In this document: positions 1 through 14,734 of the stretch, piece after piece
Layout: the number at the start of each line of letters is the position of its first letter
Numbering within the stretch: position 1 is the stretch's first letter
Assembly (NCBI GenBank): GCA_951406725.2
Contig: OX597817.1
Span: forward strand, 127,720,001-127,784,000
DNA from: Octopus vulgaris
Taxonomy: Eukaryota
DNA: 64,000 nucleotides
Reading direction: 5' to 3'
Position numbers and translations under genes: made by a program
Notes under the pieces: generated by a model
Database searches by the model: none
The model's input: the letters and a program-made list of their open reading frames with translations, nothing else
Told to the model about the DNA's origin: nothing

Positions 1-99
1 TCAGTTGTGCTCTTTTTTTTCTTTGTATACTAACCTCCGCTTTATCATGGCATACTAGACTTAACTTCCCTTAGCTTATTGTTAAACGTGTACAATTTC

Positions 100-1317
100 T
101 GCTTATTTTTTCCAATTTTTTTTTTCTGATTTATTTAAGCTTCTGTTTTGTATTTGTCGGTATTCTGCAAGATAGAAAATCGTGTTTCAGTTTGTTTGTG
201 TTTTGTAACTGTTTTGGTGGTTTTTTTTTGCTTTCTTCATTGTTTACTACTCATTTTTGTAAAGCTACAATTAGTCTTCTTGTTGCATAAAATTACTGCT
301 TGCATAAAGATACTCTTCCACTAACAAATTTTTGAGCATTTCAGACGTCATTATTATTTTTCTGGTTTTTCTGTCATTTTGTTTTTCTGGTTTTTCTGTC
401 ATCTTGTTTTACTCGTGAATTAATTGTCCAGTTGTCAATATTATAACAATAAATTATTACTGATACAGCTAAAATATTGAAGCTTATTACTTTAACTTTT
501 GCTTTTAGCGGTCTTATGCATCAATCTAATGTTATTACATATTGATTTTTCTTTTCATTCATGTGTCGTACACTTCCTAGTTAATTGATTCCTAAGTACT
601 TTAGATCCTACGTTTCGTCTAATTCTCTTATTTGTGTCTCTTTATATTTGTATCTTTAAGTTTGTTTCAGCCTATTTTACTAATGCGATTCTCATATAAT
701 TTCGCTCAGTATGTCGGAGTACTGTCAGTTGCAGAGTTTCCGCAACGCATAACGAGAGCTTATCAATATATAAAAGACTGTGGGTCGTCCTCCCATAGCA
801 TGTGTATCTGAGTTCAGTCTTGTTAATCACACTGGTTAAAATTATTAATCCAAAGTAGAAAAGAAAGGCATGGTGAATGGAAATCCCATCTGATTATTCC
901 TCCTTTAATTGTGATGCCGTAAATTTTTATAATTTCATTTTTGCCAGCAAAATTGTTTCCCATTTATGTATGATGTGCTCGATGTATCTGCGAATTAGTA
1001 GTTCTACTTTTTACATGGCCTTAGTTTCGCGAGAAAACTCTGTCAAAAGTTTTTTTAATTATTAAATCAGTTCGTGCCATATCCAGGTACATTTCTTCAT
1101 CATATTTTGGTTATGGTACAGTTGATCTATAATTGATCTTTAGAGCTGCATGAAATTCTTGCAGCGTCCCTTTTGTTCTTCTTGAAGTATGTTCTAATTT
1201 TTTTTTACCCTCCAGTTATTTTAACCTCTGCCATATTATTGCAGTTAGACAAATTTGCTGAATACTGGTGATTGTTCTGTAGTTCCCGGATTATTGTTGA
1301 TTATTTATTACAAACAA
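100..1317 (-). pseudogene. Heavily decayed R4/Dong-type non-LTR retrotransposon RT remnant
   Basis: Minus-strand translation across frameshifts gives ordered RT motifs: NPGNYRTITS (~1290), EEQKGRCKN..SKDQL (~1180), a degenerate GI.QGD.LSP.L (~895), THSLLYIDKL (YMDD-like, ~780), LKYLGIN (~595). Same order as in the copies at 23205-24518 and 36189-37637. Left boundary approximate. Confidence 0.7.
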
Positions 1318-1339
1318 TTAAGCTGGTATTCCACTTTGG

Positions 1340-1450
1340 GTCTGCTTTATCGGTTGTTTTTGCCGAACCGTTAAGTCCCGGTGAGTGACATTAACACACC
1401 AATATCTGTTGTTAAGCAATGGTAAGGGGACAAACACAAACATACAAACA
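1340..1450 (-). mobile_element. SINE family A, partial 3' half
   Basis: ttttgccgaaccgttaag...ggggacaaacacaaac matches the corresponding part of the copies at 4581-5024 and 5637-6153. Confidence 0.6.
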
Positions 1451-1457
1451 CACACAT

Positions 1458-1516
<59 letters not shown>

Positions 1517-2164
1517 TTATTCATTCGATGTCGACAAAATAATTATTAATCGAAGATATATACATGCATAGATAGATACATACGTCTGGAACAGAGTAAG
1601 GCCGAACTTGGGATCTTGGGGAGAGTAAGTAAATCTTAAATTGCATATGCAAAGAATAATCACGATATCTAGTACTTTAAAAATCTACAAGACTTTAAGA
1701 TTTGAATGATGAAGGTTAAAACAAGATGCTTCATTCACCACCTTGGTACTAAGCTGGTAGCCAGTCTAAACGTTTTAAATATACATGCATACATATATGC
1801 ATGCAGGCGTGTGTGTGTGTATGCGTAGAGTGGTGTATGTATGTGTAAATATAGAGGGATGTGTATGTGTGCATGAGTAACATGACATCAGTGCGTATTG
1901 GGGCGAGCGTATGTCAATCGTTATTTATGTATGTGTATACGTGTGTATGTGAACGTGTGGCTAGACGCATGCGTGCGTAAATGTATATAGGCGTGTCGCA
2001 CACGTCTACATATGAATGTGTGTGTGTGTGTGTCTGTCTGTCAGTGCGTGTGAGTAAACGTAGGTAGCCACAAAGTTTAAAGACCTAAATCTGATGATTG
2101 TGTTGTGCTTGATTGCCCTGGCCAGACATGAAAAGCTTACACACGCTAAACCATTATGTACTCG

Positions 2165-2390
2165 CATGGCTTAGTTTTTAGGGGGGGGGGTGTTCTCTGA
2201 TGATCGTAAGTTTGTTGATTCGATTCCTGGACCAAGCGACGCATTGTCTCTTGAGCAAAACATTACCTCACATGCCTCCAGTCCACCTCTGGCAAAATTT
2301 AGTAATCCTGTGATGGATCGTCGTCCTACCGTGATGAAAATATTTCCACCACAGAATGAGGCATACCTCATAAGGAAGGGAACTTCATCC
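2165..2390 (+). mobile_element. Old tRNA-derived SINE (degenerate)
   Basis: A-box-like tggcttagt, B-box-like gattcgattcc, then cttgagcaa (CORE-like) and cctgtgatggat..cgtcct (V-domain-like). Confidence 0.4.
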
Positions 2391-2424
2391 TCTATTATTT
2401 TTTAAATATTTGTATGCATATATA

Positions 2425-2825
2425 GGCGCAGGAGTGGCTGTGTGGTAAGTAGCTTGCTAACCAGCCACATGGTTCCGGGTTCAGTCCCACTGCGTGGTAT
2501 CTTGGGCAAGTGTCTACTGCTATAGCCCCGGGCCGCCCAATGCCTTGTGAGTGGATTTGGTAGACGGAAACTGAAAGAAGCCTGTCGTATATATGTATAT
2601 ATATGTATGTGTGTGTGTTTGTGTGTCTGTGTTTGGCCCCCCTAGCATTGCTTGACAACCGATGCAGGTGTGTTTACGTCCCCGTCACTTAGCGGTTCGG
2701 CAAAAAAAGAGACCGATAGAATAAGTAGTGGGCTTACAAAGAATAAGTTCCGGAGTCGATTTGATCGACTAGAGGCGGTGCTCCAGCATGGCCGCAGTCA
2801 AATGACTGAAACAAGTAAAAGAGTA
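2425..2825 (+). mobile_element. tRNA-derived SINE family A, full length, with internal (TA)/(TG) microsatellite
   Basis: Head GGCGCAGGAGTGGCTGTGTGG (A box) ... GGGTTCAGTCCC (B box), CORE-like cttgggcaagtg, tail gaaacaagtaaaagagta; closely similar copies on the minus strand at 4581-5024 and 5637-6153. Confidence 0.9.
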
Positions 2826-3633
2826 TTCGTTAACCCTAGATAACCATTATCCTTGGCGCCCTCATCCCATGTTCCCTGGATAAAAGAGCCAAAATAAATG
2901 ACACCCCATCTAATATTTTTTCAGCGCCACTAAAATGTGTTTACTGTTCCTCACATTCGAATAAAATGCCAAATAAAGGGCAACATCGCCCTTCTCACAG
3001 GTTTCTTTTATGTTTGTATTTTGTTTTATCGCCAATACTGGCGCTTGTTTGTGCCAGTCGAACCAACGGTCACTGTAATGTCTTCCAACGCAGAAAATAA
3101 TGGCCGGTAAAGCGGCCGCTGGGATATTTTTATGTGTCTGGCGGCCGGAATACCGGCAGCTGGAGTTCTGAGTGTTGAGTGTGTGTGTGTGTGTGTGTGT
3201 ATGTGTGTGTGTGTGTGTGTGTTTGTGTAAGAATGTATATTTGCATATGTTTGTATTTTAGCTAGCAACTTTAAAAAAGACGACTAACGATATATATATA
3301 TATATATTGATGAAGTAAGTATTGAACTATAAAAGACTTTCATTTGCATGCCGCTCAACGCAAAGACTATTACAAGTAAATATTTGGCGAGGGAAGTTGA
3401 AGTAGTTCCTTTTATATGTTAAAATTTGTTTCATCACTTTTAATATATCCAAGAGAAACATTTGACCGCAGTAATCTCAAATGTATACAGCATTAAGATG
3501 TCTGTCTGTCTCTCTCTCTTTCTATCATGCTCTTTCTCTCTCCTCACCCTCTAACTCTATACATGTTTGCGTGTGTGTGTGTGTATGTGTGCGTGCGTGT
3601 GTGTGTCTATGTTTGCATCTCTGTTTGTGTGTG

Positions 3634-3705
<72 letters not shown>

Positions 3706-3945
3706 TGAGTTTGCGTGCGGAGAGGGCATGTGACATGCACGTATACATCCGCCGAAATATTATGTATTTAAATACTTATATATGCATGTACACATATAAG
3801 CATGCAAACACCAACACAGACTGTCAAAGATACACACATACACACACAAATATATACATATACATATATATATGTATGTATGTAAGTATACATATATATA
3901 ATTTAGGAAAACAAATTTCCAAAGCAATCAAGTGTATATACGTAC

Positions 3946-3960
<15 letters not shown>

Positions 3961-4035
<75 letters not shown>
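3961..4035. repeat. (TA)n microsatellite, representative of dozens in the window
   Basis: Pure TA run; similar tracts at ~1461, 3640, 4135, 4513, 6186, 11640, 13088, 14585, 18085, 27119, 28417, 43692, 44283, 55485, 56708, 58301. Confidence 0.95.
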
Positions 4036-4037
<2 letters not shown>

Positions 4038-4126
4038 CAGTTTGAGTTGATGTTTGCATGCTTATATGCCTGTCAATCTATTTATCCACCAGCCTCTCTC
4101 TCTCACTCCGTATGTGTATGTATGAG

Positions 4127-4246
<120 letters not shown>

Positions 4247-4478
4247 CATGTAAATATTTATGTCTATCCGTCTATCTACCTTTCTGTATGTAAATTTGCA
4301 TGTATGTAAAAATATAGGTCGATATGTTGGTAGGCAGGTAGGTAAGCAGTTTGGCAGGTAAATATATATTTCTCGGTGGATAATATTTACGCATGAAAAA
4401 TATTTACTGAAATAAATATGTAATGTGAAGCCACATGCAAACATCTAACATCGCATGCACGCACAAACACACACAGTT

Positions 4479-5068
<590 letters not shown>

Positions 5069-5636
5069 TCTGTGAATAGGTCTTCTAAAGAGATGCATAT
5101 AGGCAGATGTCAGTAACTTTTTATTCTGTTCCGTCTCTGTCAGTTGTCATTTGATTTACATTTAACATCACTTATCTACTTTTCTACTGTCTTAGAGGAG
5201 CATATGATATATATTTGTTTTATTTTAAGTCCCTAAAGAAAGCATTTTTTCATGAGACAATGTAGATTTATTTTCAGATTTACATCAATCTTCATTCCTG
5301 TCACTGACCATAACTTACTTCTTTGTCAAGAAAAACAAAAGTTTTAAAGATAAGGACACCAATGACAAATTTTGGAATTTTCAGAACAGTTAGTGATAAA
5401 GCTCTAATGTTGAGAAGAATGAAGTATTATATTAATCTTGAAGGCAGCATTTACTAAACATATAGGGAATGTAACACCGCATAAAATAAATATTTGTATA
5501 TATTTCAAGAATTAGAGCAAGAGTGCAGACCAAATACGTATTCCGAAACAGTTTATATATTTTATTTAGGTTTATATAGCAATGGCATACATCCGTTTGC
5601 CTATATATATATCGATATATATATATATATATATAT

Positions 5637-5946
5637 CTTTCTCTTTCTCTTCTCTTTTACTTGTTTCAGTCATTTGACTGCGGCCATGCTGGAGCACCAC
5701 CTTTAATCGAGCAACTCGACCCCGGGACTTATTCTTTTGTAAGCCTAGCACTTATTCTATCGGTCTCTTTTGCTGAACCGCTAAGTAACGGGGACATAAA
5801 CACGCCAGCATCGGTTGTCAAGCAATGCTAAGAGGACAAACACAGACACACAAACACACACACGCATATATATATACATACGCGGTGAAGCTACACATTA
5901 GCGTCGTATTTTTACGTTCGCTATTTCCAGTAAATATCGGTAAATT

Positions 5947-5978
<32 letters not shown>

Positions 5979-6153
5979 TATACATATATACGACGGGCTT
6001 CTTTCAGTTTCCGTCTACCAAATCCACTCACAAAGCTTTGCTCGGCCCGCGGCTATAGTAGAAGAAACTTGCCCAAGGTGCCACGCAGTGGGACTGAACC
6101 AGGAACCATGTGGTTGGTAAACAAGCTACTTACCACACAGCCACTCCTGCGCC
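5637..6153 (-). mobile_element. SINE family A, full length, with ~67-bp insert in its internal microsatellite
   Basis: Matches 4581-5024; extra non-repetitive segment at 5881-5947. Confidence 0.9.
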
Positions 6154-6181
6154 TATATACACATATAATATATACATATAT

Positions 6182-6261
<80 letters not shown>

Positions 6262-6764
6262 TACATATAAAATTTATTCTGTTTATATCATACATAATAT
6301 GTAATGCAAACCTGCACGCACATATGTAGTTAAGTATTCATGTGCCAATATATTTATCAGTAATCCGAAAAACGTGACTGTCAGTTATTAGATGTGTCAA
6401 CTTCCTTTCCCGTTCGACGTTCGAATTACATTTTACAGGTTTTAGACAATAACCTAGATTCGTTGCATTACATGACTAGACATTATTCTATATCTTCAAT
6501 TCCTAGAAGAATACATTAGGTGACAACAAAAGTCATTTACAGAAGTTTAGATCAATCACTATTCTTGACACTGACCTAAATTTTCCCGAAAATAAAACAA
6601 CACTAAGTGCAATATTTTTAGCATCTTTCCGAGAAACAGTCACAAGGAAGAAGAAACTATGAACAGAAAGTCATGTTTTACTATGTTAAAAGCAGTATTT
6701 ACTTCATTTTATAGAAGACATCTATCCATTTATCTATCTATCTATTTCTCTTTCGCTAGCCACA

Positions 6765-6920
6765 CACATTTTTTTATCTTCTCTCCTTGTTTCTTTCTCT
6801 GTGTTCCTTTCTGTGGAAGAGGGTAGATCGAAACGTTAAAGACTTTTTCACTTCCCGAGCGTTATACTAATATATCTGTTTGCTGTCTACACCACCCGTC
6901 TTCGTCTTTTGTCTTTTTTT

Positions 6921-6922
<2 letters not shown>
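6765..6922 (+). mobile_element. Probable solo Penelope-like terminal repeat (pLTR) fragment with a degenerate minimal hammerhead
   Basis: cttt-CTGTGGA-A-GAG-ggtag-ATC-GAAAC-GT-T-aaag at 6807-6841 (palindromic stem III), then a pyrimidine-rich tail ending in (TA)n. Confidence 0.5.
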
Positions 6923-6959
<37 letters not shown>

Positions 6960-7276
6960 CTAGTGGAGCTAGAGTTTGGAATAACTGTCTAAGGGATAAA
7001 AATATCCGTTTTACTACCGGTATAATTACCCATGTTAACTGTGGGCATACATATACAAGCATATTATGCCTATAGGATACAGCCAATGGCAAAGATAAAC
7101 AGGAATTTATCACGAATCAAACAGAAAAAGGAGAACGTTTTCGATTTACTTTATTGATCAACATTGATCAACAACAATTGATATTGATTTCGATCGTGAG
7201 TACAGCACTCTAACCAGTACGCAATGTGCCCTTATATATATATATATTTATATATATATGTGTGTGTGTGTGTATG

Positions 7277-7381
<105 letters not shown>

Positions 7382-7442
7382 ATATATATATATATATACA
7401 AACACATATATATATACATAGATACACACACGCACATACACG

Positions 7443-7659
7443 TACGAAGGGTGCTGAAAAGTTTCTGACCGTAAGGTTGTCACGGAAGGCCCGATTGAAG
7501 GCCTAACATTCCTAGTTCTTTTACAGGGCTTAAAAAACTGAAGGACCGCTGCAATAAGTATGTGAATCTGAGAGGAGTAAACATTGAATAAAATCATTAT
7601 ATATTTTCTTTTGTATTTCTTTTACCCCAAACCAGGAAATTTTCACCAACCCCTCGTAT
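7443..7659 (+). mobile_element. Mariner internal-deletion derivative (MITE)
   Basis: Imperfect TIRs TAcgaagggtgctgaaaagtttctg ... ccaggaaattttcaccaacccctcgTA; interior encodes the mariner C-terminus LQGLKKLKDRCNKYVNLRGVNIE*. Confidence 0.8.
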
Positions 7660-7706
7660 ACATACATATATATATATATATATATAGACATATATATATA
7701 TGCCCT

Positions 7707-7775
<69 letters not shown>

Positions 7776-7907
7776 TGAGAGAGAGCGAGAGGGAAGATAG
7801 ATAGATAGATAGATAGATAGATATATAGATAGATAGAAAGATAAATAGACAGATATTACCAATATCACATACTTAATGTAAGTGTGTTGTGAAACACTAG
7901 TACAAAT

Positions 7908-8007
7908 NNNNNNNNNNNNNNNNNNNNNNNNNNNNNNNNNNNNNNNNNNNNNNNNNNNNNNNNNNNNNNNNNNNNNNNNNNNNNNNNNNNNNNNNNNNNN
8001 NNNNNNN
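7908..8007. other. Assembly gap (100 N)
   Basis: Run of N; sequence on either side may not be contiguous. Confidence 1.
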
Positions 8008-8582
8008 ATTGGAATACTTGAGAATTGTGGAATTAATATAAATGAATTAATCTTTTACTAAGTGCTCTTATTGTATTATGACTGTTGCCACAGCTGGTAA
8101 TTTCACTAAACTGAACGGTAACAGAGACACACAGATGAGATATGATCGTAATGGAGATAGAAAACTCTTGAATAATTATGAATCCTGGCAGGAGTAGATT
8201 GTAGAATACTCGTCATACAACTATAAATGACTACATGGACGGATAAAGATTGATTGTCCTTAACAGATAATAACACAGTAATATTTAGAAATATAAATAA
8301 AACTTTTTGCATTATTAAATTCACCACCCTGCGATAGAAACACTGGGAACATCAACAACAGGTCAGCTGTTCAAAACTTTGAATGATTCTACACAGCTGG
8401 TAGCATGCTTGTAAGAAATAACTGTTACATTTCTACCCTCTTGAAAATAGGAAGCTACATTTGAAAATATCTTAGATATACATAAATATTATGACGGTTA
8501 TGGATGCAATACTTTCAATCAAAAGTATGACCAGGGGCCTAAACAGAGATACAGTACATTATCAAGAGGTTCATCATGTTTT

Positions 8583-8590
8583 ATATATAC

Positions 8591-8656
<66 letters not shown>

Positions 8657-8747
8657 GTATGTATATATATATATATATATGTGTGCATATATATATGTAT
8701 ATATATATACATATATATATGTATATATATATATGTATATATATATG

Positions 8748-8785
<38 letters not shown>

Positions 8786-8820
8786 AATATAAATGTATAT
8801 ATATATGTATATATTTATAC

Positions 8821-8868
<48 letters not shown>

Positions 8869-8899
8869 GTATATATATATGTATGTATATATATATATG

Positions 8900-8969
<70 letters not shown>

Positions 8970-8978
8970 TACATATAT
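8583..8978. repeat. Long compound (TA)n/(TATG)n microsatellite
   Basis: Direct reading; source of several spurious YIYI ORFs. Confidence 0.95.
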
Positions 8979-9763
8979 AGGAGATATCTTGTAGATGCAC
9001 AAAAATACCATTCTGAATGTTGCTGAAAGTTGATGGAAACTTATTACTAATTATCTAGACGGTATCCATTTAGTATTAAAAATTTAGAGCGTTGACAATG
9101 ATAATGAGGATGAAGATGTTAATAATGAGGAGGGTGTGGTACAGCGAGTGGGAGCGTTGATGCTGCTGCTGATGGTGATGAACATGGTATTGATGGTCGT
9201 CATGATGCTGTTGGTGCCGAATGCCATGGTGACGGTGATGGTAGCTAACAAAATATAACAAAATATAAATAACAATATCAAGTTAAAGGATATGAAAAAA
9301 AACATAATATAAAACAAAAAGTATAACGAAAACGATCGCAATAACAACAACGTCAACAATATTATAAAAATCACAAAACCAAAATTGAAAGAACCACAAA
9401 CTAGAGAATTTATTTACAGTTTCTGATTTTTGCATCGATTTCTATTGGAACTACAAACAAGAAACTATTATTACAAGAAGCAACGGAAATTAGCATTGAG
9501 AAAAAAAGAAAGATAAAATGAAATTGAAACTACCAGAAGACTGAAGAATTATTCGAAAACAGAAAACTAATCTAAAATTATATCTATTTCTCCGTTATGG
9601 AAATTTTATAAATTCAGGAAAGTAGTCTGATTGTATGGTACTTTGTAACGTTTTTTTTTTCGTGCGGGATCAGAAATGAAACATAACCATACATACTCAC
9701 ATACACACTTACACACGCCTATATATATATATATATATCTATCTATCCATGTATATGCATATA

Positions 9764-9813
<50 letters not shown>

Positions 9814-9893
9814 GTATCTATCTATCTATATATATGTACACACACATACACCCACATATGTATATATACATACATATATATTTACACACACAT

Positions 9894-9937
<44 letters not shown>

Positions 9938-10329
9938 ACCAGCGAGAGAAAGAGAAATATTTACTTCATGTATGTATGTATGTATATATGGATGGATGGA
10001 TGGATGGATGGATGGATGAATGGATGGATGGAGCTAGCCAGAGGATTTTTCATAGTTATATCAAATGATTTTCATATTAATACTTCCGTTACCTGCTGCC
10101 ATTCTTCTCCAAAATTTCTTTCACTAACCTAATATACTACACGTTCTTAGGTTACCGGGTTCTGTTAATGGGTCACATTTAATTTTTCTTACAGGAATAT
10201 ACTTGCTCTACATAAATTTAGATTGTCGAAGTCGCTAAGCCGTTATATATCTGATATAGAACTTACACACATACATACACACACACACGTCTAGATTTAC
10301 ACATAATGGTGCAAAAATTGCTATGAGAA

Positions 10330-10750
10330 TTTATCTGATAGAGATCCAACTAATGACTGCTGAGGTCGATACAATCATCCAAAGACCTCTTACTGCAGAT
10401 GGAGTGGCGTTGTCATCGTCAAGTTTGTTGTAACTGAAGCCAGTAAAAGAATAAAAGAATTCGAGTGAATATAAGGAAATACTTCTGTGATTGTTTTTGA
10501 CAGTGATATATAACACAAGGGTCTTGTAAGATCCCACATACTACTATTACAATGTCACTCAGTTCAACGTGCCTCATGATTGGCCGGTCTGTATGTAAAT
10601 GGACTAATCTTAACTTTAACTCTTTAGCATTTAAACTAACCATATCAAGCCCAAGTTTTATGTTATATACAAAATGGTCTCTCACACGTCTCTACAATAT
10701 CTTTCTAAAAGTAAATCCCCACATCGTTAAAATTTCGAAGTCATGAGATA
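10330..10750 (-). pseudogene. Very decayed CR1/L2-like RT fragment
   Basis: ORF 10419-10685 contains TDRPIMRHVELSDIVIVVCGILQD (cf. DR...V..G..S....V..GVPQG), followed by a frameshifted DD..TLH-like motif near 10400. Confidence 0.35.
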
Positions 10751-11044
10751 ATGTATGATTAAATCAAAATGATGTGAAAAAATATGCATTATATTTGTCT
10801 GCGTAAATTGAATGCCAAAGGATTAATGGATGAGAAAATTGAAGATAATTTCTCACAGACCCGTCAACAGTATCTGAGAAGAAGATAGGTTTCAACGGTT
10901 ATGTGCTCATCGAAACACATGGTGATGTATTGAATCTGGGTCACATCTCTTGTTTGGTAGTTATGATTTTTGAGTGATAAATGAAAACTGAATTAATATT
11001 ATAATTATTCAATAACAAAAATTTGAGTACAAACGGTTACAGCT

Positions 11045-11225
11045 TGTACGTTGTTCGTCAACTTGCTAGAAATAAATCACACCATAGGTCTTCAGGGCGA
11101 GTGGTACATTAGATGATGTGGTCTATGCTACACTATTCCGAGAAGAAAAACATAGTGGTTGCGTTGCGGTAACTTTCTCCATAAGTATGTGCTATCGGAC
11201 CAAATAGGCGTTAAATAACAACAAC
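11045..11225 (+). repeat. Old unclassified interspersed repeat (related copies ~8395-8545 and ~25550-25715)
   Basis: Shared degenerate blocks: cttgctagaaata / cttgtaagaaata, acattagatgatgtggtct / acatagcgtgttatctagtct, and an end ggcgttaaataac / gggctaaataag / gggcctaaacag. Confidence 0.4.
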
Positions 11226-11635
11226 CAACAAACACAGCAATTTATTATTGTAACTTTTGGCTAGTGTTTCTGGGACGTATTTGAAAGTACAGTGTTTTAC
11301 CTCGTTGATAGAAAAGCAGAAACACTTAGGTGGACATTAATAAAACCACGTATTATATTTCATTGAATATTCAGTCATGAGTAAGGGGAAGTTTTATTAG
11401 AATATACTGCGTCAATTATATTATATCTCATTGTCTTCCAGTCAAATATGTTAGCAGGTGATAAGAAAAAAATGATTCATTCTTTCCGTTTTCTAAAATT
11501 CTTTATGTATGAGTGATGTACTAAATTGACATAATGTGTGTCGTTGACCTTTTATGTCGTATACATATAATTATATCTGTTTTGGCGGGCAATATTACAC
11601 ATATACATACATATGTGTGTGTGTGTGTATACATG

Positions 11636-11695
<60 letters not shown>

Positions 11696-11720
11696 TGTAT
11701 ATATGTATGCACTTATATTT

Positions 11721-11772
<52 letters not shown>

Positions 11773-11873
11773 GCATGTACGCATATATCTATATCTATTT
11801 ATATATACACACATATTTCAATATATATGTGTGTGTGTGTATGTACCTATACGCTTATATGTGTGCATATAAG

Positions 11874-11933
<60 letters not shown>

Positions 11934-13083
11934 CTATATATAATACAGTGTACATTTAAACACATTAATTATGTATACTTATCTATATATATATATATAC
12001 TTATACGTACATACAAATATTGTGTGTGAGTTGTTAGGTGCATGTATATGTTTTTAGAAGCATTGTAAATTGCTAGGTTCGTGTGTTTCCATATTCCTAT
12101 GCGAATATAATTTGTTTTATTTTGACTTCGTTCCTATTTTCCAAATATAATCGGGAAATTCCGTTTTCAACCAATCTTGCTGCAAATAATTTAATGCATT
12201 TATAACAAGCAGTTTGTTATCATCATATATTTTGAAGATGTATTTGTCTCCATGATAATAGCAAAATTTTAAGTGTGAATATATTCATATATTTATTAAT
12301 AATATCTATATTCGTGCCAATGACCCACATAAGTTATTTCTCTTAATCGCCTTTTGTGTTTAAGCAAATTACGATGAAGCAGAGTTATTCATAATTTTCT
12401 TATAAGACATCAGTTTTCATATTCGATATGTCAATATTCTGCTGGCGTGACCTAATAAGACCGAAATATATACGTAGCTCTCACCATGGCGAATAACAAT
12501 GATCTTGTTTGACTCAAATATGAAAAGTGATAATTTTCTCTGAAATTAGTTCTTGGTTTCTGGAAATAAGGTATACTTTTCATTGCATTCTTTCACTACT
12601 TGTTCCTTTGTAATTGCTTTCTTTTCTTGAAAAAGGCATGTTTTATTGTACTCAGTACCATCATTATATGCATACACATACAACCCCCCATATATATATA
12701 TATAATAATAAACACAGTACTATTGTTAGTTTTATGTGCTGATAGCATGCCAAACAGTGTTATTTTACCACGTCTAGTGTCCTAGCATAATTATCAGACA
12801 CTGGTCACTTAGTACAACAAACTAAAAATGTGATCTAGGTAGTATCTGATGGTTATGATAGAACACCTGGAATTTAAAAAAAAGTACTTAACAACATTCA
12901 CCACAGATCGACTCCTATTTTTAACGGAGCAAGGGCTTATTTAGTACCCTACTATATATAAATATATCTATACATTTTATATATAATATTTAATTTTGCA
13001 TATACGGCGTTTGCGCTCGCGAACACTGACGTTTATTTTTATGAGTTATAATTTTCTTTTATATATGCATAAAAGAACATATG

Positions 13084-13149
<66 letters not shown>

Positions 13150-13197
13150 TATATTCAGCTCACACATACAGGCTCACACACATAAACACATGCGTTA

Positions 13198-14500
13198 TAC
13201 CGTATATACTAGACTATAAAACAACGTCGCCTATAAGACGTACACGCGACTAACAAGGTTCAAATCGAGAATTTTATCATTGACCCGACTATAAATCGCA
13301 GCGACTTTTTTCTGTGAGAGCAAAGTTCGATTAGGAATTGCGCCGACATAGTTATTAAATCGGTAATCGAACTTTCATTAAAGCTAAAGATGACTTACAA
13401 CAACTGATATCCCATTAAGTCCATGCATTTTAGAAACCGTTGTTTATAATGTGTAAAACTTTATCCTTGATAACGCTAGTTGATTTGTTTATTGTATTGA
13501 GACTTAATTGCCTCGATACTTTCCCTTTACGTTTTGATTTATGCATTTCATTTTTCGGACACTTCTGCAGCAACTGACACACAAAACCATGCAATCATAC
13601 GTGTTATGACTGAAAAAAAAGAACAATATTCTGTTTTAAATTGTAAAGAAGTGTATGAAACATTGTGGCAAAAATTGGAAGAATAAATAAAAGAAGAATC
13701 GATTTTACCAAATAACTGGTAAAACTCCTCCGTTGTGATGGTCTCGTCGTATACACCATGATCCTCGTCTTCGCTTGTCTGATATTCATTCACTGATGAA
13801 GCACTGGGGCTGTCATTTCTTGAACAAACGAAGTTATTATATAGTTCGTCAACTTCCATACGATACATGGAATTTGAGATTCCGCATTTCAAAAATAATT
13901 TCATCACAATTTTACTCGGTATTTCAGCCCATGAATCTATCACACACCTGCAGTCCTAAGGCCAGGGCTTTTAAAGTGTCCAGCCTTTGCCATTTCCTTG
14001 ACACCATTAATCATTCATTCATTCCATTTGGCACGATATTTCACCTTAAAAGGCTTGTTCACCGACACAGATGTACATCCACCGGGAACCACAGCTTAGT
14101 AGGTACGACGCTCCTTTAATCTATTTCTTTATGCTGTCGATCAGATGAACCCTAAACATATCCCCTACAAGAAGCGACTTTGAATAAGCATAATCCCTAA
14201 GCTCTTGACCCACACTTCGTTTAACCAGTTCGTCAATACGGTTTCATTAACCCGACCTTTCGCCTGAAATACACTACTATGCCCTTCGGAAACTTCTCAT
14301 TCGAGAAAGTCTTTCTTTTGAAAACAACAGCCGGGGTAAGTTTCGTATCCTCAGCCATACAAGCCAAAATTGCGGTGAAGTTGGGCTTGTCGCTCCCCGA
14401 AGTTTGTACTGAAATTCTGTTTTTCCCTTTAACGTTGGCTGTCCGAGTTCCAGGCATATCGAAAAAGGGGATGTCTCCTCTATATTATCGATTGTTTCCA
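13198..14500 (-). mobile_element. Decayed pogo/Tigger (DDE_1, POGK-like) DNA transposon, 3' part with TIR
   Basis: TIR TACCGTATATACTAGACTATAA at 13198; frameshifted transposase: [52 protein letters not shown](QPLD deleted)VSVNKPFK, SWAEIPSKIVMKLFLKCGISN. Confidence 0.85.
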
Positions 14501-14601
14501 AGGAAACCTCGTGGGTCTTTCGTAGGTCTATTAGATATCGCTGGAAGGAATCAATATATGTTCATACACAACTATACATACATATATGCATACATAAGTA
14601 C

Positions 14602-14734
<133 letters not shown>

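Noticed and set aside
2829-3178. Possible piggyBac-type MITE starting TTAACCCT
   Set aside because: No convincing matching inverted terminus or second TTAA.
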